Assembly: GCA_016704525.1 (NCBI GenBank)
Contig: JADIZX010000009.1
Coordinates: 106,625 to 170,624 of the forward strand
Length of the DNA stretch: 64,000 nucleotides
Origin: Myxococcales bacterium
GTDB lineage: Bacteria; Myxococcota_A; Polyangia; Polyangiales; Polyangiaceae
Reading direction: 5' to 3'
Shown: in pieces, positions 9,507-21,356 of the stretch
How positions within the stretch are numbered: position 1 is the stretch's first letter
How the letters are laid out: the number at the start of each line of letters is the position of its first letter
Notes under the pieces: model-generated
What the model saw: the letters and a program-made list of their open reading frames with translations, nothing else
Told to the model about the DNA's origin: nothing
Databases searched by the model: none
Translations under genes and position numbers: made by a program

Positions 9507-10289
9507 ATGTACACTGCACCTAAGGCCAGCAACGCCAGCTCCAACCCCGTCGACCTCGCCACCCTCGAGGCCGAGTTCCGCACCGCGACCGCCGCCGCCG
9601 AAGCGGCTCAGAAGACGAACCTCGAGGCGCACGCCCGCGAGCTCAGCTCGCCGAACACAGACACCTACCGGACGACCGAGATCGGCATCATCCTCCGCGG
9701 CCTCCGCGCCGAAGCTCTCGAGGCCGGCGACGCGGCCGGGAAAGCCCGGGCGCGCCTCATGCGCGCGCTCGACAGGCCGGCCACCGAGGCGCTCGTCGCG
9801 GACCTTCGCGGGTCGTTCGATGCGATCGCAGCGCTGCGCGAGCAGATCGCGGAGCACGAGAGCACCGCGCGTGCTCGCCTCGCGCAAGCGGGCGCCGATC
9901 GCGAGGTCGAGATCCTCCGCCGACAGGCGGCCGGCCTCCCGTCCGTGGAGCCGGTGCTCTACCCGACCATCGAAGAGGCGCTTGGGCGCGCCGAGGCGCG
10001 GCTCACCACGGAGCCCGAAGCACGGAGCCACGCCGACGAGATCCGCAAGCTCCGCGCTCGTCGCGAAGAGGCTATGGCCTTCCTCGAAACGAAGCGCATC
10101 GAGGCCGAGGAGGCCGCGGACCTCGCCAAGCGACAGGCGAAGTGGGATCGCCAGCAGGCCGCCGCCGCCGCCGTGCGACGCGAAGAGGACCGCGCGAGGG
10201 AGCGCGAGCGACACGCGGCCGAGATGGCGAAGCGCAAGGCCCTAGCGGACGCGTACGCCGCTCGCACGGGCATCGCGAGGCCGGCATGA
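9507..10289 (+). CDS. coiled-coil rich hypothetical protein (prophage)
   Basis: Charged E/R/A-rich heptad-like sequence; 260 aa. Confidence 0.45.
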   Translation: MYTAPKASNASSNPVDLATLEAEFRTATAAAEAAQKTNLEAHARELSSPNTDTYRTTEIGIILRGLRAEALEAGDAAGKARARLMRALDRPATEALVADLRGSFDAIAALREQIAEHESTARARLAQAGADREVEILRRQAAGLPSVEPVLYPTIEEALGRAEARLTTEPEARSHADEIRKLRARREEAMAFLETKRIEAEEAADLAKRQAKWDRQQAAAAAVRREEDRARERERHAAEMAKRKALADAYAARTGIARPA

Positions 10290-10648
10290 GCGGCGCGATC
10301 GTAGTCACGCGGCCGGAGCCCGTGGCAGCTCTCCCCGGTGTGTCCCTCGCGCTCGACGCGAGCGGCGTCGGCTACGTCACCTTCGCAGATCCCAACGCGC
10401 CGGAGTGGAAGCCCTACGTCATCGCCGCGCGGGTGTCGGGCGAGCGGTACACGCTCCGCTCGCCTGCGGGCATCCACCGCGGCCTCGCGGCCTCGGATCT
10501 GCGCGATGCGCTCGACGGCTACGCCATCCTGCACGGCGCTGGCGTACTCGAGGCCGCGGACATCCCCGACGCAGAGCGAGCGGGCCGCTACCTCGACGCG
10601 CTCGAGCTCGCGGGCCCCAACGTGCTCGGCCTCCCGGTGTCCGCATGA
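10286..10648 (+). CDS. hypothetical protein (prophage)
   Basis: ATGA coupling. Confidence 0.45.
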   Translation: MSGAIVVTRPEPVAALPGVSLALDASGVGYVTFADPNAPEWKPYVIAARVSGERYTLRSPAGIHRGLAASDLRDALDGYAILHGAGVLEAADIPDAERAGRYLDALELAGPNVLGLPVSA

Positions 10649-10848
10649 GCCGGCCGATCACATCCCACTGCGGCTCGCGCACGGATCGCTACATCGGCCG
10701 CCGCACGGTGGCCGCTACGCCGGTCCGTGAGACCGTACCCGAGTACGTGATCGTGAGCTTGCGGCGCCTGCTCGGTCTGGCCGCTCACATCCCCGCGAGC
10801 GAGGTGCTGCAGGCCCTCGCGCGTAGCGCCGCCGACGGCGCGCCCTGA
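10645..10848 (+). CDS. small hypothetical protein (prophage)
   Basis: ATGA coupling; last gene of the co-directional block. Confidence 0.35.
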   Translation: MSRPITSHCGSRTDRYIGRRTVAATPVRETVPEYVIVSLRRLLGLAAHIPASEVLQALARSAADGAP

Positions 10849-10861
10849 CCCTCTCGCGTCC

Positions 10862-10878
10862 GCCTGCATGACGCAGGC
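10862..10878 (+). terminator. short GC hairpin GCCTGC-ATGAC-GCAGGC after the coupled gene block
   Basis: Seen in sequence; no U-tract. Confidence 0.25.
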
Positions 10879-11060
10879 GGCATGTGGGCGATGAAGATCG
10901 CGAGGGCGCAGGCGCAGCTAGCGGGCGATCCCAGTGGTGGCGCTTCGTGACATCGGGGCGAGGCGTGACGATCAAGAAGTGAGACGCGCGTGCGCGTCGG
11001 CGCCTCGCCTGCGGGGGAGACGTCGACGCGTGCGCCCGGCGGAGAGAGGGACCGAAGAAG

Positions 11061-11414
11061 ATGGCAAGCCAGCACCAACAGAACCCACAGGCGATCGTCG
11101 TCATGACGCAAGCCGAGTTGCTCGCGCTCGTGCGTACAGCCGTGCGCGAGGAGCTCGCGAGCACGCGGAGCGAGTCAGATCCGATCGATGTCTGCGAAGC
11201 GCTCCCGCTCTCGCGGCGTGTCGTGCTCGGCCTGTGTCGGGCCGGGAAGATCCAAGGCGCTCGCAAGGTCGGCAAGCGCTGGCTTGCGAGGCGCGAGGAC
11301 GTGGAGCGCTTCCTCGCGACGGTGCCCGCTCGCCGCGTGAAGGTCTCGCCGGCGAACGACGAGCCGTGGAGCGCCTCGGCCGCCCTGTCTCGCGCTGGCG
11401 TGCGCGGCCAGTAG
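11061..11414 (+). CDS. excisionase-family HTH DNA-binding protein
   Basis: IDVCEALPLSRRVVLGLCRAGKIQGARKVGKRWLARREDVERFL resembles HTH_17/excisionase-type domains; sits immediately upstream of the integrase. Confidence 0.55.
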   Translation: MASQHQQNPQAIVVMTQAELLALVRTAVREELASTRSESDPIDVCEALPLSRRVVLGLCRAGKIQGARKVGKRWLARREDVERFLATVPARRVKVSPANDEPWSASAALSRAGVRGQ

Positions 11415-11415
11415 G

Positions 11416-13060
<1,645 letters not shown>

Positions 13061-13160
13061 GTCGAACTTGAAGTGAGCCACGAGTGTAGGGCCCCGAGGC
13101 CTCGCCCGCAAGGACGACCGCGGCGAGCGGGTGGCTCTTCGCGCTCCCGCGTGCGGCACC

Positions 13161-13682
13161 TCAGCGTTCGGCCTCGGCCTCGAGCGCCGCGCTTAGCTCC
13201 GCCGCGAGCCGCTCGCCCTCCCCCGGCTCGTACATCACCACGCCGCTCGACCACGAGAACACCACAGCCGGCCGCGCGCGCTCGTCGACCTCGTCGACCG
13301 GCACCACGTGGACGTGCGCGTGCGCGTAGCTCGTGGGCAGATCCACCGGCGAGCCCAACTGTGCAATGTACACGCGTTTGGCGCCCCGCGCCTCGAGCAC
13401 GCGCGCGCCCTCCCACGCGAGGCGCGACAGGTCGGCGTGCACCTCCCACGGCACCTCGCGGAGGGTCGTCAGGTGGCGCTTCGCCACCACGAGCAGGTGG
13501 CGCGGGCGCGCGGCGTACGCGTCGAGCACGCAGACCGCGTGCTCGCTCTCGCGCACGAAGAGGCCGGGGGTGAGCGCGCGGGCCGCGAGGGCGCACATCA
13601 CGCACCCGCCGAACCGCGCCGCCAGCGTAGCGCGCCCCTCGGCGAGCGCCGCGAGCGCGTCGTCCTTCGTGAGGGTCCTCAC
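13161..13682 (-). CDS. HIT-family (histidine triad) hydrolase
   Basis: HAHVHVVP histidine-triad motif. Confidence 0.65.
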   Translation of the reverse strand: MRTLTKDDALAALAEGRATLAARFGGCVMCALAARALTPGLFVRESEHAVCVLDAYAARPRHLLVVAKRHLTTLREVPWEVHADLSRLAWEGARVLEARGAKRVYIAQLGSPVDLPTSYAHAHVHVVPVDEVDERARPAVVFSWSSGVVMYEPGEGERLAAELSAALEAEAER

Positions 13683-13695
13683 GCCCGGGTCCTCT

Positions 13696-14751
13696 TCACG
13701 GAGTGACGACGAGCGGGCTCGGGAGGAAGCGGAGCTTGTCGAGATCGTCGGCGAGCCGGGTGAGGTCGGCGGGGCGCAGGCCGCTGCGGCCGAAGGGCGT
13801 GGCGAAGGCCATCGACGCGATGAGCTTGTCGGCGCGCGTGGTGCCGACGCGCATCCACTTCCGAAGCACGGTGACGCAGCTCGGCCCGAGTGCCCCCTTG
13901 GAGCAGTCGAGATCCCGCGCGAGGGACCGCAGATCGCTCACCTCGGCCGCGAGGCGATCCACGATGGCCTGCGTGCCGAGGCTCCACTCGGCGATCATCC
14001 CGAGGTTTCCCAGGTAAAACTCGCGATAAACGAGCCCCACGTCGATCGTTCCGCCGCAGCTGAACGGATTCCCGACGGAGTCCATGACGGCCATCGAGTC
14101 GTTCATGAACAGGAACGCCGCGAGCCGCTCGGGCGCCGCGAGCGCCGTGGCGTCCGGCACCCTCGCGCCGCGCGCGTCATAGAAGGCATAGGCCCGCTGC
14201 TGGGCCGACACCGTCACGAACAGGGCGTCGGGCTTGAACGTGAAGGCGACGATCTCGTCGCCGTAGCGCTCGGGCGACACGCGGGTGCCCGCGAGGAAGG
14301 GCCACGCGAAGCGCCCGGTCTCGAAGCGCGGCCCCGCGAGCAGCGAGGCCACCGAGTCGCCGGTCTTCGCGCGCGCCTCGAGCACGTCGAACAAGTACCC
14401 GCGGTGGCCCGAGTCGGTCGTGGTCTTCGAAAACAACGGATCGCCGCGCCGCAGCCCGTCGGCCTGCGCCTTCGTGGTGAACGAGTAGAGGCGCGGGAGC
14501 GTGGGCTCTGCCTGCGCGAGGCCGGTGAGCGCCGCGAGGCCGGCCGAGGGGTTCTTGTCGCCGCACTCCTCGGGCGGCGGGGCCGCGTCGAGGCCGCTCG
14601 GCGGGAAGCTGGGCGGCGAGGAGGGCGTGGGTGGCGGCGCGGGCGCCCCGGCGTCGAAGGTCGAGGCGTCGGGCGTGTTCGCGACCGACCCGCCGCACGC
14701 CGCGAGGGCGAGCCCCGAGAGGAGAAAAGGGCGACGGCCGATCCTGCGCAT
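13696..14751 (-). CDS. secreted lipoprotein, function unknown
   Basis: Signal peptide with LALAAC lipobox. Confidence 0.5.
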   Translation of the reverse strand: MRRIGRRPFLLSGLALAACGGSVANTPDASTFDAGAPAPPPTPSSPPSFPPSGLDAAPPPEECGDKNPSAGLAALTGLAQAEPTLPRLYSFTTKAQADGLRRGDPLFSKTTTDSGHRGYLFDVLEARAKTGDSVASLLAGPRFETGRFAWPFLAGTRVSPERYGDEIVAFTFKPDALFVTVSAQQRAYAFYDARGARVPDATALAAPERLAAFLFMNDSMAVMDSVGNPFSCGGTIDVGLVYREFYLGNLGMIAEWSLGTQAIVDRLAAEVSDLRSLARDLDCSKGALGPSCVTVLRKWMRVGTTRADKLIASMAFATPFGRSGLRPADLTRLADDLDKLRFLPSPLVVTP

Positions 14752-14812
14752 GCCCCACGATGCGCGATCCCTCCCCGGGCCGCAACGGGGCCGCTGGTCA
14801 ACCTGCTTGACG

Positions 14813-16489
14813 TTACGCGGGCGCGCTCGCGGGCGCGGGCGCGGGCGCGGAGTCCTCGGCCTCGTCGCGCGCTCTCGTGGATTCGACGCTCGCGAAATAC
14901 TCGTCGATGCGCGCGCCCGCCGCGGCGCCGAAGAGGATCTCGCACGCCTCCTTCAGGCCCGCGGCCTCGCGGAGGGTCTCGTGACTGACGACGAGCGAGA
15001 TCTTCGAGCGGCGCCGGAGGAAGTCCTCGAGGCGCACGATCATCTCGCGCCTCGCGGCGTGCTCGATCTCGCAGCGGAGGTACTCGGCGTTCTCGATGAG
15101 CACCTCGGCCATGCGCGGATCGCGGCGAATGTCCTCGAGCATGGGGAGCGCGGCGGCCCCGTAGCGCCGCCACAGGCGCGTGGTGAGCTTCTCGGACGAC
15201 GACGGCGACGTGAGCTCGTCGAGCTCCATCAGCTCCGCCTGGTGGAAGAAGGTGTCGCGCACCTCACCGCTGGGCTCGCCGTACCAGACGTGCTCGGGGT
15301 AGCGGAGCGTGACGCCGAGCTGCTGGCACGCGGCCGCGATTTCCTCGCCCACGTTCAAGCAGTCGGTGAGCTTGCCCCCGTAGATCGAGATGTGCCGCTT
15401 GGCGCTGTCGATCTCGATCGCGTGCTTGCGCGAGAGCTGGAGCCAGTCTGTGGTGTCGCCGCCGGCGCTCTCGACCACGAGCGGGCGCACCCCGCAGCGC
15501 TCGGCCACGATGTCGGCCTCCGTGAGCGGCTCAGGGAGGTTCAGGCGCTTGTTGATGTTCGAGAGCACGAACGCGCGGTCCTCCGCCGTCACGTGGGCGT
15601 GCGGCGAGGTGACGCGCGTGTCGGTCGTGCCGATGCACGTGCGCACGCCCATGGGGATGACGAAGAAGAGGCGCCCGTCGTCGGCGAAGAACGTGAGCAC
15701 GCGGCCCCCGTGCGTGAGCTTCCGCACGATGAGGTGGATGCCCTTCGAGAACACGTGGCGGTGCCCGGTCGTGACGCCGTTCTTCGCGTTGACCTCGTCG
15801 ACGAAGGGGCCGCACGCGTTCACCACCACCCGCGAGCGCACGACCTTCTCGGCGCCGGTCTCGAGGTCGCGCACCCGGGTCTCCCACAGGTCGCCCACGC
15901 GCTCGCTCCCTACGGCCTCGACGTAGTTCGCCGCGGCGCAGCCGTGATCGAGCGCGGTGCGCACGAAGTTCCACACGAAGCGCGCGTCGTTGTCGTGCAG
16001 GTAGGCGTCGGAGTACTCGAAGCCGCCGTCGGTGCCGTCGAGGTTCACGATGGGCTCCTCGGCGGCGATGCGCTCGCGCGAGAGCAGGCGCGGGGTCTTC
16101 GTGAAGAACCGCCCGATGAGCCAGTAGAGCCACGTGCCCGCGACCAGCTTCCACAGGCCGTGACGAAAGCCCTTCTTGTGGGTCGTGTAGAAGCGGATCT
16201 CCTGCACCGTCGAGGGGTAGGCGCGGATGAGCTGGTTGCGGGAAGCGCAGAGCTTGAGCACGAGCCCAAACTCGAACGTTTCCATGTACTTGATGCCACC
16301 CCACGCGAGGTTCGACGACTGCTGGCTGGTGAAGCCCGCGAAGTCGCCGCGGTCGATGAACGCGACCTCGGCGCCGCGCACGGTGAGGCACGAGGCCGCC
16401 ACGGCGCCGTTGATGCCGCCGCCGATCACGAGCACGTCGAAGACCTCGCCGTCGAGGCGCGCGAAGTTGCTCTTTCGAAGGGACGGCAT
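14813..16489 (-). CDS. glpD: FAD-dependent glycerol-3-phosphate dehydrogenase
   Basis: N-terminal DVLVIGGGINGAVAA FAD fold, and the overall GlpD-like sequence. Confidence 0.75.
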   Translation of the reverse strand: MPSLRKSNFARLDGEVFDVLVIGGGINGAVAASCLTVRGAEVAFIDRGDFAGFTSQQSSNLAWGGIKYMETFEFGLVLKLCASRNQLIRAYPSTVQEIRFYTTHKKGFRHGLWKLVAGTWLYWLIGRFFTKTPRLLSRERIAAEEPIVNLDGTDGGFEYSDAYLHDNDARFVWNFVRTALDHGCAAANYVEAVGSERVGDLWETRVRDLETGAEKVVRSRVVVNACGPFVDEVNAKNGVTTGHRHVFSKGIHLIVRKLTHGGRVLTFFADDGRLFFVIPMGVRTCIGTTDTRVTSPHAHVTAEDRAFVLSNINKRLNLPEPLTEADIVAERCGVRPLVVESAGGDTTDWLQLSRKHAIEIDSAKRHISIYGGKLTDCLNVGEEIAAACQQLGVTLRYPEHVWYGEPSGEVRDTFFHQAELMELDELTSPSSSEKLTTRLWRRYGAAALPMLEDIRRDPRMAEVLIENAEYLRCEIEHAARREMIVRLEDFLRRRSKISLVVSHETLREAAGLKEACEILFGAAAGARIDEYFASVESTRARDEAEDSAPAPAPASAPA

Positions 16490-16594
16490 GAAGACCCGTT
16501 GTGGGAATAGTGCCAAGCGCGCGGGCGAACAAGTGCTGATCGCCGGGCGACGCCCGGGCGGCGGGCCTTTGGCGACGGGTGCTACGCTGCCGGA

Positions 16595-17317
16595 ATGTCG
16601 CGCGGCGTCGCAGACCGGCAGAGTACGGCGGGGACAGCGGCGACGGCGCTCCGTCGCGCGCGCGCGGTCACGGCGGCCGCGGCGGTCGCGGCGGTCACGC
16701 TCGGCGCGACCCCGGCGCGGGCCGAGGACCGCACGTTTGGTCTCGCGCTCCACGTCGCCGAGCCGAACGGCGAGCCGGTGCGCGACGACGCGTGGATCGA
16801 CGCCCAGATCGCCTCGGCGGAGGCCCTCTTCGGCGCGCTTCAACCTGGGGTCGGCGTTCACTTTCGCTGGACCGAGCGGCGCCGCGGCCCGATCGCGCAG
16901 GAGGCGCTCGAGACCCGCGAGGATCGCGACGCGCTCGGCGACGCGATCGTGGAGGCGCCCGGCGAGCCCCGCCTCATCCACGTGTTCCTGGTCGCGTCGC
17001 TGCGCGACGTGGACGAGCCGCCCGGGGTGAACGGCTTGCGTATGCGTATGCGTATGGGCGTGTGCTGGACGCACCGGGTCACGCGCCGGCGGTACATCGC
17101 CCTCTCGGCCATCGCGAAGCCCAGCGTGCTCGCGCACGAGCTCGGGCACTTCTTCGGCAACCCGCACACGACCGAGCAGGACAACCTCATGAGCTACAGC
17201 CGCGGCTCGGGCGCGGTGTTTCTCAGCGAAGCGCAGAAGGAGCGCATCGCGGCCTACGCCGAGCGGTTCGCGCGCGGCTCGCTCACGCTCCTCGGGCCGC
17301 CACGCTTCCTGCGGTGA
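16595..17317 (+). CDS. secreted zinc metalloprotease (HEXXH)
   Basis: HELGHFFGNPH motif; signal peptide; contains an in-frame (GTATGC)3 repeat encoding RMRMRM. Confidence 0.6.
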   Translation: MSRGVADRQSTAGTAATALRRARAVTAAAAVAAVTLGATPARAEDRTFGLALHVAEPNGEPVRDDAWIDAQIASAEALFGALQPGVGVHFRWTERRRGPIAQEALETREDRDALGDAIVEAPGEPRLIHVFLVASLRDVDEPPGVNGLRMRMRMGVCWTHRVTRRRYIALSAIAKPSVLAHELGHFFGNPHTTEQDNLMSYSRGSGAVFLSEAQKERIAAYAERFARGSLTLLGPPRFLR

Positions 17318-17338
17318 GCGCGGGACGCTCGCGTCAAG

Positions 17339-18517
17339 TTAGCGCGCCGAGAGGAACGCGTCGATCGCCGCGCGGAGCGCCGGGGCCTCCTCGCAGCCCG
17401 GCGCGAGGTGCGCGCACGGGCTCTTCAGCACGAAGGTCGCGGCGCCGAGCTTTCCGGCGAGCTCGAGCGCCGGCCCCGGGTTCACCGCGTGGTCGTTCTC
17501 CGCGACGACGACGAGGGCGCGCGCGCGCACGCGCTTGGCCGCCTCGTCCATCGAGCCGCCGAGCGGCGCCGTCACGTCGTGCGCGAGCATCGCCTCGAGC
17601 TGCCGCCGCCAGTCGTTCCAGTCGAAGCCGGGATCGGCCTCGGCCTCGGCGAGCCACACCGGGAAGCGCTCGCGGCTCGTCTCGCGCGAGCGGTAAGCCG
17701 GGGTCGTGAGGGCGAGCTGGTGGATGTCGAGCACCGCGCGCAGAATGGGCGCTCCCGGGTAGTTTCCCTGGGCGTAGGCGGTGTCGGCCTCGAGGGCGTG
17801 GAGCTCTGCGCTCCACAAGAGCAGGTCGTGCGACGTGAGCCGCGGACTGCCCACGATGGGCACGATGGCGTCCATGAAGTCGGGGTGCGACACCGCCCAC
17901 TGGAAGGCCAACATCCCGCCCATCGAGACGCCCGCCACGGCCCGCACGTGCCGTATTCCGAGGTGCTCGACGAGCAGGCGGTGCTGGCTCTCCACCATGT
18001 CGCGTATGCCGATCTTCGGATACGATAGGCGCGCCTGAGAGGGGCTATTCGACGGCGAGGTGGACACGCCGTCGGCGAGCGCGTCGACCACGATGAGGTG
18101 GTATTTCCCCGTATCGATGAGCTTGTCCCGCGCGAACGCGCCCACGGCCGCCGAGCGCCCGGAGAACCACGTAGGCCACACGATCACGTTGGAGCGCGTG
18201 GCGTCGAGCGTGCCGTAGGTGCGATAGCCCACGACACAATCACGGAGGGTCTCTCCGCTCTCGAGCCGGCACGCGCCGAGGTTCGCGAGGCGTTGGCCGG
18301 GCGGCGCCGCGGCGGCGGCCTTGGGGGAGGTGGCTTGCTGCGGAGGGTCGGAGGCCGACCGCGCACACTGCCCCGGCGCCGCGGCGGGCGCGGCGGGCGC
18401 GACGGGCGCGGCGGGCGCGACGGGCGGCGAGGCGCACGCGGCGAGCCCGAGCGCGACCACGAGCGTGACGAGGGCTGCTGCGGCGATCGCGATCCCGCGC
18501 GCCCGCGCCGCGCTCAT
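17339..18517 (-). CDS. alpha/beta-fold hydrolase (homoserine acetyltransferase-like fold) with signal peptide
   Basis: GVSMGGM nucleophile elbow; ATGA coupling with the upstream gene. Confidence 0.6.
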   Translation of the reverse strand: MSAARARGIAIAAAALVTLVVALGLAACASPPVAPAAPVAPAAPAAAPGQCARSASDPPQQATSPKAAAAAPPGQRLANLGACRLESGETLRDCVVGYRTYGTLDATRSNVIVWPTWFSGRSAAVGAFARDKLIDTGKYHLIVVDALADGVSTSPSNSPSQARLSYPKIGIRDMVESQHRLLVEHLGIRHVRAVAGVSMGGMLAFQWAVSHPDFMDAIVPIVGSPRLTSHDLLLWSAELHALEADTAYAQGNYPGAPILRAVLDIHQLALTTPAYRSRETSRERFPVWLAEAEADPGFDWNDWRRQLEAMLAHDVTAPLGGSMDEAAKRVRARALVVVAENDHAVNPGPALELAGKLGAATFVLKSPCAHLAPGCEEAPALRAAIDAFLSAR

Positions 18518-19755
18518 CGGACCTCCGCGAGCGACACCCCGAGCACCGCCTTGGCGATCGGTTCGAGGTCGGCGGCCTCGCCCACGAAGTGGAAGGTGCG
18601 GTGCGTGTGGGTGAGGGTCTCGCCCGGCCGGAGGGCGGCCGCGGGCGAGCTGGTCTCGAGCTCGTAGAAGCCGCCGAGCGCGGGCTTTCCGGGCGCGGGT
18701 GGGCCGTCGTTGTAGCTGTTCAGCACATCGCCGGCGAAGGGCTCGCGCTGCTCCTCCCACATGCTGTTCACGTATCGCTTCTCGCCCTCGGGCTTGTCGT
18801 AGTGCACGATCGTGAGCAGGCGAGCGCCGGGGCTGTAGCTGCCCGCCACGCTGCGCGCGCGGGCGGGCCCGAGGCCGATCTTGCTCCGGTACTCGCCATC
18901 GCAGGTGAAGACCAGCGCCGCGCCCCGCGCCGAGAGCCGCTCCGGCGGCACCTTGCCGAAGTAGGCGTCGTTGACGAGGGGGCCCTGCGCGGCGGCGTTG
19001 AAGGGCACGATCACCTTCGCGTCGTGTGCGGGCGCGAACATGCCTAAGATCCACACGCTTATCAGGCCGGTCGCCTCGGTCCACGCGGCGCGCCCCGCGT
19101 TGGTCACGGCGTTGCGCGACTCGAACGCCACCCACCGCACGGAGGGCGCCGGCGCGACGCCGAGGTGGCGCTGTACGTCGGCCGCGGCGAGCACGCGGAG
19201 CTCCCGCGCGACGTCGAGGTCGAAGCGGGTCCCCAGGCGGCTCTCTACCGAGAATTTTCGGTTGAACGTGAGCGAGCTCGGCGTGCGGCTCGACGCCGCC
19301 CACGCGCCCTCTTGGAAGGCCGCGGGCGTCTGCCACGAGCCGAACCCGAAGGGCGCGCCCTTTGCGAAGTAGAGCGCGTACTGGCCCCCCTCGGGCCCGA
19401 GCCAGAAGCGGTCCTCGCCGCCGTAGTTGTCGAACTGTGTCCCGGCCTTGCCCGCCTCGATGAACGCGCGGTGCACGAAGCCGAGGCTCTCGTCGTCGGG
19501 CCCGACGGCGCTCGTCATCACCCGCGCCTGGTAGGTGGGCGACACGGCGACTCGCCCACCGGAGGGGCTCTCGAGCACGACGACCTCGCCGTGGCGCTGG
19601 AGCAGCGCCACGTCATCTGCGAAACGCGCGCGCGACGGGGCTCGCGACGCGGTCGGAGGCGCCGCGGGCGCGACCGATGCAGCGGGCGGCGTGGTCGGCC
19701 CGCACGCGAGCGCGGCGACGAGAGCGAACGGGCGAGCGGAGCGCGCGTGGGACAT
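18514..19755 (-). CDS. hypothetical lipoprotein
   Basis: Signal peptide with LAC lipobox; coupled to the downstream hydrolase. Confidence 0.45.
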   Translation of the reverse strand: MSHARSARPFALVAALACGPTTPPAASVAPAAPPTASRAPSRARFADDVALLQRHGEVVVLESPSGGRVAVSPTYQARVMTSAVGPDDESLGFVHRAFIEAGKAGTQFDNYGGEDRFWLGPEGGQYALYFAKGAPFGFGSWQTPAAFQEGAWAASSRTPSSLTFNRKFSVESRLGTRFDLDVARELRVLAAADVQRHLGVAPAPSVRWVAFESRNAVTNAGRAAWTEATGLISVWILGMFAPAHDAKVIVPFNAAAQGPLVNDAYFGKVPPERLSARGAALVFTCDGEYRSKIGLGPARARSVAGSYSPGARLLTIVHYDKPEGEKRYVNSMWEEQREPFAGDVLNSYNDGPPAPGKPALGGFYELETSSPAAALRPGETLTHTHRTFHFVGEAADLEPIAKAVLGVSLAEVR

Positions 19756-19829
19756 ACCTCGAGCGTCGCGCCGCGCGACGCGATCGTCAACGACGGCCCA
19801 CGACACACGCGCGAGGCGATGCGGCGGCG

Positions 19830-21137
19830 ATGCCAGTGGAAAGGGCCGACGACCCCGACCATACTCGGCGCGTGCTCCCCTACCCCACCGAGGTCGACGT
19901 CGTGATCATCGGCGCCGGACCCGCCGGCAGCTTGGCCGCGGCGCGGCTCGCGCGCCAGGGCCACTCCGTGCTGATGCTCGAGCAGGCCACATTCCCCCGC
20001 CACGTGGTGGGCGAGTCGCTCCTCCCGAGGTGCCTCGACTTGCTGCGCGACGCGGGGCTGCTCGAGCGGGTCGAGGCGCGCGGGTACGAGGTGAAGCGCG
20101 GCGCGACGTTCTTCCGCCGGGGCGAAGTGCAGCGCTTCGCGTTCGAGCGCAGCTTGCCCGGTGACTACGCCTTCGCCTACCAGGTGCCACGCGACGACTT
20201 CGACCAGACCCTCGCGACGGGCGCGCTCGCGCTCGGCGCCGACGTGCGCTTCGGCGTCTCGGTGACCGGGGTCGAGCTTGGTGGCGATCGAGGGCGCTCC
20301 AGGCTCTCGCTCCACGACGCCCTCACGGGCCGCGAGCTCGAGGTGCGGGCGCGCTTCGTCCTCGACGCGAGCGGGCCTGGGCGCGTGCTCGCGAAGGCGC
20401 TGTCGCTCGACGCCCCGGCCGACCTGCCCACGCGCACGGCGCGCTACCTCCACGTGGAGGGCGATCTGCGGCCCGAAGGCGAGGCCGCCGGCGACATCTG
20501 GGTGACCATCCACCCGAGCGGCGCGTGGCTGTGGGTCATCCCCTTCTCCAACGGGCGCACGTCGGTGGGCGTGGTGGCCGAAGAGTCTCTCTTCGCGACC
20601 TCGGGCGACACCGACTCGGCGAAGGTCTGGTCGCTCATCGCCACCGAGCCCGTGGCGGCGAGGCGGCTCGCCCAGGCGCGACCCGCCATGCCCACGCGAG
20701 TGCTGCGCGGCTGGTCGCGGCGGACTACACGGCTGGCGGGGCGGGGGTTCGCCATCGCCGGCAACGCGGGCGACTTCCTCGATCCGGTGTTCTCGAGCGG
20801 CGTCATGTTCGCCATGGAGTCCGGCAGCCTCGCGGCCGCCCTCGCGGCGCGCGAGCTCGCGGGCGAGCGCGTCGACTGGCCCGGCGAGTACGAGGCGCCC
20901 CTCCAGCGCGCGGTGGGCGTGTTCCGCACCTTCGTGGGCGCGTGGTACGCGGGCGAGCTCGCCGAGCTGTTCTTCCACGACCCGAAGCCCGACAGTGCCG
21001 TGCGCAACATCACGTCGGTGCTGGGCGGGAACGTGCAAAATACACACAATCCACTGGTCCGCGGCGACACGCGCGCGGAGCTCGACCGGCTGCTCGCGCG
21101 CGTGCGAGGTGGCGGAGCAAAGCAGGGCGGGGCGTGA
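19830..21137 (+). CDS. FAD-dependent oxidoreductase (geranylgeranyl reductase / flavin halogenase-like family)
   Basis: VDVVIIGAGPAGSLAAARLARQGHSVLMLE Rossmann motif; family-like middle and C-terminal regions. Confidence 0.6.
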   Translation: MPVERADDPDHTRRVLPYPTEVDVVIIGAGPAGSLAAARLARQGHSVLMLEQATFPRHVVGESLLPRCLDLLRDAGLLERVEARGYEVKRGATFFRRGEVQRFAFERSLPGDYAFAYQVPRDDFDQTLATGALALGADVRFGVSVTGVELGGDRGRSRLSLHDALTGRELEVRARFVLDASGPGRVLAKALSLDAPADLPTRTARYLHVEGDLRPEGEAAGDIWVTIHPSGAWLWVIPFSNGRTSVGVVAEESLFATSGDTDSAKVWSLIATEPVAARRLAQARPAMPTRVLRGWSRRTTRLAGRGFAIAGNAGDFLDPVFSSGVMFAMESGSLAAALAARELAGERVDWPGEYEAPLQRAVGVFRTFVGAWYAGELAELFFHDPKPDSAVRNITSVLGGNVQNTHNPLVRGDTRAELDRLLARVRGGGAKQGGA

Positions 21138-21356
21138 GCTTGGGCGCGGCGGCGCCCGAGGCCGCGGTACGCCGGTGCGATGCGTGAGGAGAGTCGGGGG
21201 CGTGGGCTCTTCGTCTTGCGCGCGTGCTCACTTCTTCTTGCGCGTGCTCACTTGGGGTCCTCAACGTGATCCCGTTCGACGTGACCCGCGCGCGGCACGG
21301 GTGCGCAACGAGCGGGCCCCTCGCCGCTCCGGCGCAGCGGGTGAGAGCGTCGGCCG

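Noticed and set aside
13073-14988. Plus-strand ORFs 13073..13573 and 13333..14988 next to or overlapping ssrA and antisense to the HIT and lipoprotein genes
   Set aside because: They are low-complexity R/P-rich translations and overlap the tmRNA 5' region. The minus-strand genes have clear HIT and lipoprotein features.
14501-16510. 669-aa ORF on the plus strand antisense to glpD, plus many similar long ORFs (e.g. 263..970-, 1651..2373-, 19518..21047-, 21010..22761-, 26711..28495-, 28192..29796-, 30572..32566+, 34326..35972+, 39128..40927+, 41919..44183+, 45764..47632+, 49830..51518+, 51642..53468-, 53886..55535+, 55644..57605-)
   Set aside because: Their translations are Arg/Pro/Gly/Ala-rich and low-complexity, which is typical of stop-codon-poor alternative frames in 70%+ GC DNA. 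Each overlaps a gene whose product has recognisable motifs on the opposite strand or in another frame.
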